From a virus, in the IMG/VR virus record IMGVR_UViG_3300027709_000056, positions 1 to 64,000 of that record: a DNA stretch of 64,000 nucleotides; one strand, 5' to 3'. Position 1 is the stretch's first letter. Each line of letters opens with the position of its first letter. Position numbers and translations under genes: made by a program. This document shows, piece after piece, positions 19,517-27,894 of this stretch. A model generated the notes under the pieces. It did not search any database and was not told the DNA's origin. It saw only the letters and a program-made list of their open reading frames with translations.

Positions 19517-20167
19517 TTACTGGAGCCCCTTGATTATATTAATCAAGGAATTCTTTAAATATCCTTGCGCCTTTGTGTCGCCTTCTAGCTCACGTGCCAA
19601 GTTCATAGCCTTATACCCCCCACGAGTATTTAATAAATGCTCGTATATTGGGGTTGGGTATGCCCCTGGAGCACTGGGTTGAGCAACTACATCCACCGTT
19701 ATGATTTCATAGTCACTTACTTGTCCGGATCCGTCTTCTGTGACGTTTCCGCTACCACGTGATGAAACGCCTAGTTTGACTCCGCTTTCCAGCATTGTCG
19801 AAACTAGTTGTCCCATCGGCGTAGGTAATACTTTAAGTTTCCCGTAACCGTTTGGTCCATCCATCCACATTTCTGTGATCATATGGCTTACACGGTCTAA
19901 GTTAATGTTAAGTCCCTCAGGATGATCAACTTCGCCTAGAACTGAATATCCACCAGTTATTTGGTCGTTGAGTGTGTTGACAGCCCTACCAATCTCAGTA
20001 ACAGGGTAAACTCGTTGATTAGCGTTTTTCACCCCACCTTGAATGCAAATTCCTTTAAGATAAAGGTCTTTGCCGCCTTTGTCGTTCTCGGTAGTCTCTA
20101 TGACCATTTTAGCCTGGTCGAATGTCAAGTTCTCACGTAAATTGAGCAACACTTTGTTCCTTATCAT
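19517..20167 (-). CDS. g21: Prohead protease, gp21-like
   Basis: GICIQG..KNANQRVYP, LGEVDHP, GVSSRGSG, DVVAQPSAPGAYP motifs. Confidence 0.95.
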   Translation of the reverse strand: MIRNKVLLNLRENLTFDQAKMVIETTENDKGGKDLYLKGICIQGGVKNANQRVYPVTEIGRAVNTLNDQITGGYSVLGEVDHPEGLNINLDRVSHMITEMWMDGPNGYGKLKVLPTPMGQLVSTMLESGVKLGVSSRGSGNVTEDGSGQVSDYEIITVDVVAQPSAPGAYPTPIYEHLLNTRGGYKAMNLARELEGDTKAQGYLKNSLINIIKGLQ

Positions 20168-21204
20168 TACGAACCGATTACTGAATCAGTATTCGTTCCG
20201 CCTTCTTCGCCTTTTCCCTTTTTCTCGGTACCGTGGCCTTTTGAATCAGATTTTAATGACTTAGAAGCTTTTCCACCTGGAACATTTACGTTACCAGCTG
20301 AATCTTCTTTAGCGTCGTTGCTAGTTAGTCCAGAATTTGAACCACCACCTTCGCCACCAGTTGCGATATTTTTAGCTTCGCCACCCATGTCATTTTTACT
20401 TGCTACTGTAGACTTTGTATTAGTACCACCTGTTTCACCAGCACCTTTTGTTTCAGCGCCGTGTCCAGCTGTTACTTTAGTTACATACTCTCTCATTAGC
20501 TCAGTCTGATCTTTAGGAGCTTCTGCTTTCGCTTCTTTCCCTTCAAATCTAGGCTGTTCTGCTTCAAGATCGGAAGGAGCATCAACTGCCTCTTCCTCTG
20601 CATCGTCGTCGCCATCGTCGTCTCCGCCTTCGTCGTCTGCAGGAATTTCTGCATCGTCGCCAGCATCGTCGCCGTCGCCGTCATTGTCGCCCATCATGGC
20701 ATCAAATTCAGCTTTAAGGTCGTCTAGTGCATCTTCCAAGTCAACTACACGGTCTTCAAGATCTTCATCGTCGCCCGCATCGTCGCCTTCTTCATCACCT
20801 ACTTCATCACCGGTTTCAATATCACCGATCATAGCATCTGCTGGGTCTCCGCCCATATCAGGTGCTTCTGTAGGAACCTCTTCTACTGGCGTGATGTCAA
20901 CAAGTTCTTCTTTAACTTCTTTTTCATCTTCGTCAGCTTTTTCGTCAGCTTTTTCGTCGACTTCTTTGTCGCCTTCATCAGCTTTTTCGTCTGATTTTTC
21001 GTCGACTTTTTCGTCTTCTTTAGCTTCTTTTTCATCCGATTTCGCTTCGTCTACTTCGACTTCCGGCGTATCATCGTCTAAAAGTTTTTCATAAATGTTT
21101 CTGGATTTTTCGACAACTATTTCGTGAAATAGTTCTTCCGCACCAGCACGGTCTTCTGCAATGAGCTTTTCTAACATTTGCTCAAATTTGTTCTTGTCGG
21201 CCAT
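20167..21204 (-). CDS. Highly acidic low-complexity protein (345 aa), probable prohead core/scaffold component
   Basis: Asp/Glu-rich; lies directly upstream of the protease gene, where T4 has gp67/68; strong RBS and own promoter. Confidence 0.65.
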   Translation of the reverse strand: MADKNKFEQMLEKLIAEDRAGAEELFHEIVVEKSRNIYEKLLDDDTPEVEVDEAKSDEKEAKEDEKVDEKSDEKADEGDKEVDEKADEKADEDEKEVKEELVDITPVEEVPTEAPDMGGDPADAMIGDIETGDEVGDEEGDDAGDDEDLEDRVVDLEDALDDLKAEFDAMMGDNDGDGDDAGDDAEIPADDEGGDDDGDDDAEEEAVDAPSDLEAEQPRFEGKEAKAEAPKDQTELMREYVTKVTAGHGAETKGAGETGGTNTKSTVASKNDMGGEAKNIATGGEGGGSNSGLTSNDAKEDSAGNVNVPGGKASKSLKSDSKGHGTEKKGKGEEGGTNTDSVIGS

Positions 21205-21249
21205 TGGATTCTCCTCCTGTTGTTTAGATAGTGTAAGGCTGTCGTATAG

Positions 21250-21255
21250 TATTTA
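21250..21255 (-). promoter_or_regulatory. Late promoter box TAAATA for the head operon
   Basis: cagTAAATActatac about 45 nt upstream of ATG 21204. Confidence 0.65.
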
Positions 21256-21313
21256 CTGTTTTTGAAGAAAACTACGTGGTTATCGGCCGAAAATGAGCCG
21301 TTTTACATTAAGA

Positions 21314-21910
21314 TTATAGAATCTTGAAATGATCTATAAATTTCTCAACGGTCATATGGTTTAAGTTACCCCAAACCTTTAAATTGTCTGGCAAGAAAGA
21401 ATTTTCACTTGCTACTCTTATATATCTCTTATGAGGATTTTTTTGGATTACGATACCTGTTTGTCGTGCCCAGTTACCGTGATATGTTGCTGAAGCAGAA
21501 GAAGGTTTATAATTTTTTGTATCTGCATATAAATTGTTAACTTTACCTTCAGTACCTTCGTAATCAAAACCTAAAATATAGATATCCTGATTATTATGAT
21601 CTTCTTGACTAGCTAAATTTAATGCTGTAGGGCCAGTACTCCAACCTAAACTAGGGTCAAAGTAATTAAACTTATTATAATCTTTATATGCTCTATTAGG
21701 ATTTGTCCATACTTCATGAGTAAGTTGCCATCCAACATGATTAATTTCAGTAACCATTTTAGTATCAACAGCTACTAGATAGTCAGGGTCAAACTCTCTA
21801 TATAAAGCATTACAGCCGTATATTGTACCGAGTGGTTTTAATTTATGGAGATTAATGGGTTTTCGACTTTTGCCGTTTCCAATAACAAATGCCAGACCGG
21901 ATCTGGACAT
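21314..21910 (-). CDS. DUF115/MptE/Maf- or GT42-like Rossmann-fold protein (putative glycosyltransferase)
   Basis: Motifs FVIGNG.S, YGCN, PDYLVAVD, STG..AL.LA, IYILGFD. Confidence 0.55.
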   Translation of the reverse strand: MSRSGLAFVIGNGKSRKPINLHKLKPLGTIYGCNALYREFDPDYLVAVDTKMVTEINHVGWQLTHEVWTNPNRAYKDYNKFNYFDPSLGWSTGPTALNLASQEDHNNQDIYILGFDYEGTEGKVNNLYADTKNYKPSSASATYHGNWARQTGIVIQKNPHKRYIRVASENSFLPDNLKVWGNLNHMTVEKFIDHFKIL

Positions 21911-21914
21911 TGTG

Positions 21915-22163
21915 TTAAACTGCTTCTTCGGCGTTAGCCGCTAATCCGTACATTTGGCGTACGAAGTGCAACTCTTTTTCCTGCTCTTCTTTGTGTAGTT
22001 CTGCCGCTTTACGAGTTTTATTAATTTGACGCAGAGTTAATCGTGTTTTACGAGTGTCGTCTCGTTGAACAATAGACTCATCATCAACAGGATCATATTC
22101 TTTATTATCCACGGGTTCTAAAGTTTCTTTATCGAAGTAAAATATTTCTCGTAGCGTTGTCAT
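21915..22163 (-). CDS. Hypothetical protein (82 aa)
   Basis: ORF track; TAAATA box 5 nt upstream of the ATG. Confidence 0.75.
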   Translation of the reverse strand: MTTLREIFYFDKETLEPVDNKEYDPVDDESIVQRDDTRKTRLTLRQINKTRKAAELHKEEQEKELHFVRQMYGLAANAEEAV

Positions 22164-22171
22164 ATTAGTAT

Positions 22172-23923
22172 TTATGCGGGAGGGGGTGTGCCACCGCCTG
22201 GTGCTCCACCGCCTGGTGCTCCTCCTGTTGCTGTATCTGGTGGGGGTGCCGCTCCGCCATCTACTGGAGGTACATCAGCTTCAAGATCTTCATCTTCCAT
22301 ACCGCCCATGTCAGCGCCTATACCTGCACCACTAATTCCAGCAGTTCTCATTTCACCTGCCGCGTCAGTTGGTATTGGTGTTAGTTGTTCGTCGTTTTCT
22401 TCTTTCCATAAACGTTCGTTTTCAGCAAGTTCTTCTTCTGTCATTCCTAAGAAACGTTTTAATGCAAATCTATTTGAAATATAAGGAATAGCACTCATTT
22501 GTGTATACGTTGGTACACGAGCATTGTCAAGTTCACTTTGTCTATAACTTGCAAAGTTTTGTGGTGGTTGCATTTTAAGGTCAAACATAGCTGTATCAAT
22601 GTTAACACCTTTTTCTAAAAGATAACGTTTGAATTCTTGATTAAAATTTTCTGTAATTAAATTTTGTAAACGTTCACAATAATTATTAAAACGTAACTCT
22701 TGAATATATGCTGTACCAACTCTACCGTCTTGGTAGTTGCTTTGTCCATCATCTGGACCTGTTGGTAAGTATGAACTTGGAATACGTAAACCACGTACAA
22801 GTTTATTAGTGAAATATTTTAAGTCATCTATCTCACCCAAGTTGGTGCCACCCGGTAGTGTCTCAACTTTAGACCCTCTACCTTCTGCAGTCTGTGGAAA
22901 GAAATAATCTTCATTGATTGATAATGGATTATACGCACTATCAATAACGTTCTGACCTCCTCCCGTCTGGCTTGGAATCCTTCTTTGGTGGATGTCAGTC
23001 TTAACTCTTTCAACAAATTGCATAGCCAAGTGGCTCGGCATATTACCCACATCAACGTAAAATACTCTACGTTCTGGAGCTCTTTGTACTCTATAAATTA
23101 TAATTGCGTCTTCTAGTAATTCTTTTTGTTTGTAAACTTTAAAAATACTTTCTAGTAATGAATTACCAAATGGAAAGTTATTATCTAATCCTTCTGATAA
23201 ACTAAGGTGTACAACATTTTCAGCATTGATTGTAGTTTCTTTTACATCTTTTTGAAACCTGCCTCCACTCATTTGTTGATTAGGAGCACCAACCATACCA
23301 CGTACTCCACCTTGTAAGTATCCATCACCACCACCAGTAACATTACCTGTTGTTTGGTATGGAGTTGTAGCAACCATTTCTCTAAAGTTTAAGTTTACAT
23401 CTCTAATAACATATTGTTCAGGATGTTTACCTTCTGATTCGTTTACAATTATACGTGCCACTTTTGCAGGATCAACATGAAACCATTTTTTAGTTTCAGG
23501 ATCTCTAATAAAAAATGCATCGCCATATTTGAAAACGTTACGAATGATTCTAAACATTCGTGTTTCAAAATTTTCTAATTTAGTCCATTGTTGTAAGTAT
23601 TGTTGGAGTACTGTAATTTCTGAGTTAGTTGCTTTTTGTTTAAAGTCCATTTGAAATGGAGTATTGTTTTGTCTATTTTTTTGCGTACAAAATTCTGCAA
23701 GAATATCTAAAGCGGCATTTACTTCAGAGTCCATATCCATAGTATTATATTGTCCATATCGTTCAATACGATTTGGAGAGCCAACATATACATCTGGAAG
23801 ATAAGAACTATAGTTTGCTTGTGCTGGACCCAATCCAGTATTACCAGGACCTGCTAAAGGACTATATGCCCCTTCGCCTCCTACTTTTACTGTTGCTGGT
23901 GTAAAATATCGTTTCCAACTCAT
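22172..23923 (-). CDS. g20: Portal protein, gp20-like (583 aa)
   Basis: EDAIIIYRVQRAPERRVFYVDVGNMP, EDYFFP...GRGSKVETLPGG.NLGEIDD..YF..KL...L..P motifs; Gly/Pro-rich C-terminal tail. Confidence 0.95.
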   Translation of the reverse strand: MSWKRYFTPATVKVGGEGAYSPLAGPGNTGLGPAQANYSSYLPDVYVGSPNRIERYGQYNTMDMDSEVNAALDILAEFCTQKNRQNNTPFQMDFKQKATNSEITVLQQYLQQWTKLENFETRMFRIIRNVFKYGDAFFIRDPETKKWFHVDPAKVARIIVNESEGKHPEQYVIRDVNLNFREMVATTPYQTTGNVTGGGDGYLQGGVRGMVGAPNQQMSGGRFQKDVKETTINAENVVHLSLSEGLDNNFPFGNSLLESIFKVYKQKELLEDAIIIYRVQRAPERRVFYVDVGNMPSHLAMQFVERVKTDIHQRRIPSQTGGGQNVIDSAYNPLSINEDYFFPQTAEGRGSKVETLPGGTNLGEIDDLKYFTNKLVRGLRIPSSYLPTGPDDGQSNYQDGRVGTAYIQELRFNNYCERLQNLITENFNQEFKRYLLEKGVNIDTAMFDLKMQPPQNFASYRQSELDNARVPTYTQMSAIPYISNRFALKRFLGMTEEELAENERLWKEENDEQLTPIPTDAAGEMRTAGISGAGIGADMGGMEDEDLEADVPPVDGGAAPPPDTATGGAPGGGAPGGGTPPPA

Positions 23924-23930
23924 TATTTTT

Positions 23931-26681
23931 TTAACCTACGTTATCTTCAACTGCTTCTTTTGTAGCTACTCTTGTTCTGTTTCCTGAAACTGTAGCATCT
24001 AGCAATTGAGTTAATGTATTATTTACCATGACTAGTTGTTCTGACGAGCCCTTGCTGGCTCCTCCAATTGCTGTAACGGCTGTAGTAAAACTACCCTGCA
24101 TATCAGCTGTTAGCTTATTACCTTGTTCACTATACCTTACCATAGCGGCTGTTAATTCATCAACAGCTTCGGCTACGTTTTTAATATTAGTATCATCCAT
24201 TACTTCAATAAAATTAGCTATACCTTCCATTGCACCACCAACAGCAACAAGTCCGTTAGCATCAATGTCTCCAAAAACTTTTAGATTATCAGCCATTTCT
24301 TTCATTTGGCCGCCACTATCGCCTTTACCACTTATCCAACTTGAAAATACTTTTCCTACTGATTCCATTACGCCGTCACCTGTAAATGCGGCCATACCTT
24401 TTTGCAAGGCTACCATTGCTGGTCCAATATTTGCTATTTCATTGGCTTTAATACCTTCAAATTCTTTAATGCCGTCTGCTAGTTTTTTAAATGAACCATC
24501 GTTTATAAAATTAGCAACAAACCCAGCTTTAGCAAGGGTTAGTATGCTATCAGTAAGAGGAGTCATTGCATTACCAACTTCTGATAATTTTTCTGTATTC
24601 ATGTCAGAAAATAATTCTATGTCTTCTCGTAATGATGTAACAGCTTCGGCAATTTTTTCTACCATATAACCTACACCGGCACCAGCCGCGCCAATACTTA
24701 AAAATGCCGCACCAATTAATAATAATCCTGGTGAAGCCGCAACACCGGCAACGCCCATGGCAATAACAGCGGCAGTAACAAGTCCTAATCCCCAACCTAA
24801 TGTTTCCATACTTGGTAGATAATCTAAAATTCCGCTAAACATTTCTCCAAGTAAACCTTTATTACTTTCTCCGTCATTTTTTGCCGCGGCTTGAACTTCA
24901 GCCACAGAAGTTTGAAAGTCAGCTTCAATTTGGTTACGCATCTCTGAAAATTTCTGTATATTCGCGGCACTATCTTGTTCATTGGCTGATAAGGCGTCCC
25001 ATTCTGCCTGTACTGCCGCCAGACGAGCATCTCTAGATTTTGCCAAGTCTGCTTCTGTTTTCTCTGGCCCTCCGCCAAATATTGCAGTCTTTAATGGTTG
25101 CCATAAATATTTGTCAAGCATTTCAGAGATACTTAAAGTTTTAAAATCTTCTATTAAGGTATCTAACCATATTCCCATATCTATCAATGCTAGATCAAAT
25201 CCGGAACCTTCTATCCAATCAGTAAGGTATCCAATAGCATCACCAAGTTTTTCAAATACACCTGTGTCAACTAGCTTATTCATAATTTGAGATCTAACAT
25301 TTTCGATAGCACGTTCAAAATCTAATAAGGCCGCTTCGTTTGTTTCTTTACGTTTTCTTAATGCTTCTTGTTGTTCCCATAGAGCTTGGTTGGCTCCTTC
25401 ACCGTATCCTTTTAATTTTTGTAGTTCAAGTGCCGCTTGTAAAATAGGATCATTCAATGCACCCATTGTACCAATAAGGTGTGCATTTTTCTTAACATAT
25501 TCATCAGCTTTTTCCGCCGCACCATTAATCTTCGCATTAAATTCATCCTGGGTCATCTTACCAGTTTTTAACGCCAACGCCCAGTCGGCAACTTCACCGT
25601 TTGTTATCATCATTAATGACTTACCAAAATCAGTAACTGGTACACCACCTGTTGCTATAATATCTGTAACTGCACTACCAATATCTTTATTAGCCGCATT
25701 AAGCTGAGCTAATGTAGATTTAATTCTAAGTGCGGATTCTTCATCTAATGTTGAATAAAATGCTTGTAATCTTGGATCCGCTGTACCAGCCTGCAACGCT
25801 TCAGCGGCTTGCTTCCTTGTCATACCTGTAACTTTTGCTAATCGATCTAATTCTTGAATATAGTTTGCTGTACCTTTAGCAAGATCTCTTGAATCCATTC
25901 TATCAAGTCTACCTTGAATTCTTTGTAGTTCAATAAAGTCAGCAGTCATATCACCATACTCTTCAAGTGTAATACCTAAAGCAGTAAAGTCTTTAGCAAG
26001 TGGTTTTATTTCTTTTAATACCTCAGTATACATTTTTGCACCGCCTGCCGCACTACCAAATGCTAGTGTAAGTTTTTGCGAGTGTTCTGTAAGTAATCCT
26101 GAGTATAAATCTATGTTCATACCTGCTTTAGCGGCTGAGCTATAAACATCAAACATTGAAGTACCTAAAGTTATACCTGAATCAGCCATACTTCTAAAAA
26201 CATCAACATTTTTATCGACGATACCCATGAGCATATCCAGGGCACCACCGAGTAAACCTCCAACTAATGGAATTGTTTTAGCTAATCCTGATAAGTGTGA
26301 TGAGAAATCGCTTAATCTAGTTCCACCTGCAACTAGTTCCATACCCATGTCAGCTATTTTTTCGACTACATTACCTATTGCATTCCACATCATAGAACCC
26401 AATGAACTTAGACCTGCCGCTAATTCTTTTATAACTCCTGCCGCGGCTCTTACTGCTAAAGAATGTTCTTTTGTCTTTGATGTATCTTCTTCTGTGGCCT
26501 TAGTGCCTTTTTTGGTAGCTTTAGTGTCGGCTGTAGTAGCCGCATCATGCAATTTTTGGAGTTTTCCAGAGTCTCCACCACCTTTACTAAAGTTTTGGAG
26601 TAATTTTAAAAGGGTAGCTTCAGAGGCGGCATTACTAGTAACACCATCCATTCCTGCTCCACGATATACGACTTCTACCAT
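23931..26681 (-). CDS. Probable tail tape measure protein (916 aa)
   Basis: Long, helical, Ala/Gly-rich, with two hydrophobic TM-like stretches; divergent from the gp26-like chaperone gene. Confidence 0.7.
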   Translation of the reverse strand: MVEVVYRGAGMDGVTSNAASEATLLKLLQNFSKGGGDSGKLQKLHDAATTADTKATKKGTKATEEDTSKTKEHSLAVRAAAGVIKELAAGLSSLGSMMWNAIGNVVEKIADMGMELVAGGTRLSDFSSHLSGLAKTIPLVGGLLGGALDMLMGIVDKNVDVFRSMADSGITLGTSMFDVYSSAAKAGMNIDLYSGLLTEHSQKLTLAFGSAAGGAKMYTEVLKEIKPLAKDFTALGITLEEYGDMTADFIELQRIQGRLDRMDSRDLAKGTANYIQELDRLAKVTGMTRKQAAEALQAGTADPRLQAFYSTLDEESALRIKSTLAQLNAANKDIGSAVTDIIATGGVPVTDFGKSLMMITNGEVADWALALKTGKMTQDEFNAKINGAAEKADEYVKKNAHLIGTMGALNDPILQAALELQKLKGYGEGANQALWEQQEALRKRKETNEAALLDFERAIENVRSQIMNKLVDTGVFEKLGDAIGYLTDWIEGSGFDLALIDMGIWLDTLIEDFKTLSISEMLDKYLWQPLKTAIFGGGPEKTEADLAKSRDARLAAVQAEWDALSANEQDSAANIQKFSEMRNQIEADFQTSVAEVQAAAKNDGESNKGLLGEMFSGILDYLPSMETLGWGLGLVTAAVIAMGVAGVAASPGLLLIGAAFLSIGAAGAGVGYMVEKIAEAVTSLREDIELFSDMNTEKLSEVGNAMTPLTDSILTLAKAGFVANFINDGSFKKLADGIKEFEGIKANEIANIGPAMVALQKGMAAFTGDGVMESVGKVFSSWISGKGDSGGQMKEMADNLKVFGDIDANGLVAVGGAMEGIANFIEVMDDTNIKNVAEAVDELTAAMVRYSEQGNKLTADMQGSFTTAVTAIGGASKGSSEQLVMVNNTLTQLLDATVSGNRTRVATKEAVEDNVG

Positions 26682-26708
26682 AATTAAAACCCAAGTTAAT
26701 AGTTCATC

Positions 26709-26740
26709 ATAAATATTTGTATGAACTTTAATATATTTAT
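26709..26740. promoter_or_regulatory. Face-to-face late promoters: ATAAATA on + (26709-26715) and on - (26734-26740)
   Basis: Both boxes sit in the 71-nt gap between the divergent genes; inverted repeat AGTTCAT/ATGAACT at 26701-26727. Confidence 0.55.
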
Positions 26741-26752
26741 CCGGAGAAAAAC

Positions 26753-27670
26753 ATGGTAGATCAAAAAGCGCCGGGAAACATTCCTATGGGGCAAATAACT
26801 CCTAATGTTAATCCTGGAAAGGTAAAGACGCCTAATCCCTTAGAAAAATACTTTAGGCAACCTAAATTATATGTAGAATTACCTAGCCACGGAAATTGGT
26901 ATCCAGAAGGAGATATTGATTTAAACGCAACAGGCGAACTTGCAGTATATCCTATGACAGCTAGAGATGAAGTAACATTTAAAACACCAGATGCATTGTT
27001 AAATGGACAATCAACTGTTGATGTTATTAAAAGTTGTTGCCCGGGAATTAAAGATCCATGGCAATTACCTACTATTGATTTAGATTCTGTATTAGTTGCT
27101 ATTAGAATGGCAACGTATGGAGAAAAATTAGAAATTAAATCTGAGCAACCAGTAACTAAAGACGAAAAAAGATTCGACGTAGACTTAAGAATGATTCTTG
27201 ACAAGTTTGGTCAAGCAGATTACAAAAGTTTAGTAGAACACGAAGATGTAAAAATAACAATACGTCCTCAAAATTATCGTGAGTTTACACGAACTGCGAT
27301 GAAGACGTTTGAAGAACAACGTATATATCAGACAATTAATAATTCTGAGTTAAGTGATGATCAAAAACTAGAGCGGTTTAATGAGTCGTTTTCTAAATTA
27401 ACAGCAATTACTCTTGATATTGTAAAAAATTGTATAGTATCAATCCAAGCTGGTGATAACGTTGTTAGTGATAGAAATCATATTGATGAGTTTATTGATA
27501 AAGCTGATAAGAATTTTTATACAGCAATTACTGATCATGTTTCAGAACAACGTAAACAGTTTCAACTTGAACCAATCAAGGTACAATCCACAGAGGAAGA
27601 GATAGGACGAGGAGCTCCAGAGACTTATTCAGTTCCAATAGTCTTTGATCAATCAGCTTTTTTCGGTTAA
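26753..27670 (+). CDS. g26: Baseplate hub assembly chaperone, gp26-like (305 aa)
   Basis: NPLEKYFRQPKLYVELPS.G..Y, PMTARDE...KTPDALLNG.....VI.SC.P, D.D..L.AIR.ATYG motifs; ends in FFG. Confidence 0.8.
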   Translation: MVDQKAPGNIPMGQITPNVNPGKVKTPNPLEKYFRQPKLYVELPSHGNWYPEGDIDLNATGELAVYPMTARDEVTFKTPDALLNGQSTVDVIKSCCPGIKDPWQLPTIDLDSVLVAIRMATYGEKLEIKSEQPVTKDEKRFDVDLRMILDKFGQADYKSLVEHEDVKITIRPQNYREFTRTAMKTFEEQRIYQTINNSELSDDQKLERFNESFSKLTAITLDIVKNCIVSIQAGDNVVSDRNHIDEFIDKADKNFYTAITDHVSEQRKQFQLEPIKVQSTEEEIGRGAPETYSVPIVFDQSAFFG

Positions 27671-27894
27671 GGATTTCAGCACTACCTCTTGAGGAAATCC
27701 TAAGACTTGTTGCAGACATTGATAACGAGGTAAAAAACTTTAAATTTCATTTAAGCCAGATGTGTTGGTATATGCGTGGAGGTGTTACGCTAGATGAAAT
27801 GTGGGCAACGTCTCATGAAGACCGTGAATGTATGTCTAAAGTTATCAAAGAAAATATGGAAACTACTAAAAAGACTGGAAGAGATTTCTTTTAA
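27658..27894 (+). CDS. gp51-like C-terminal extension in the -1 frame, probably reached by ribosomal frameshifting
   Basis: Frame is open from 27649 to TAA 27892-27894: FFRLRISALPLEEILRL...MCWYMRGGVTLDEMWATSHEDRECMSKVIKENMETTKKTGRDFF. Slippery T TTT TTC at 27658-27664. Confidence 0.6.
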   Translation, partial: FFRLRISALPLEEILRLVADIDNEVKNFKFHLSQMCWYMRGGVTLDEMWATSHEDRECMSKVIKENMETTKKTGRDFF

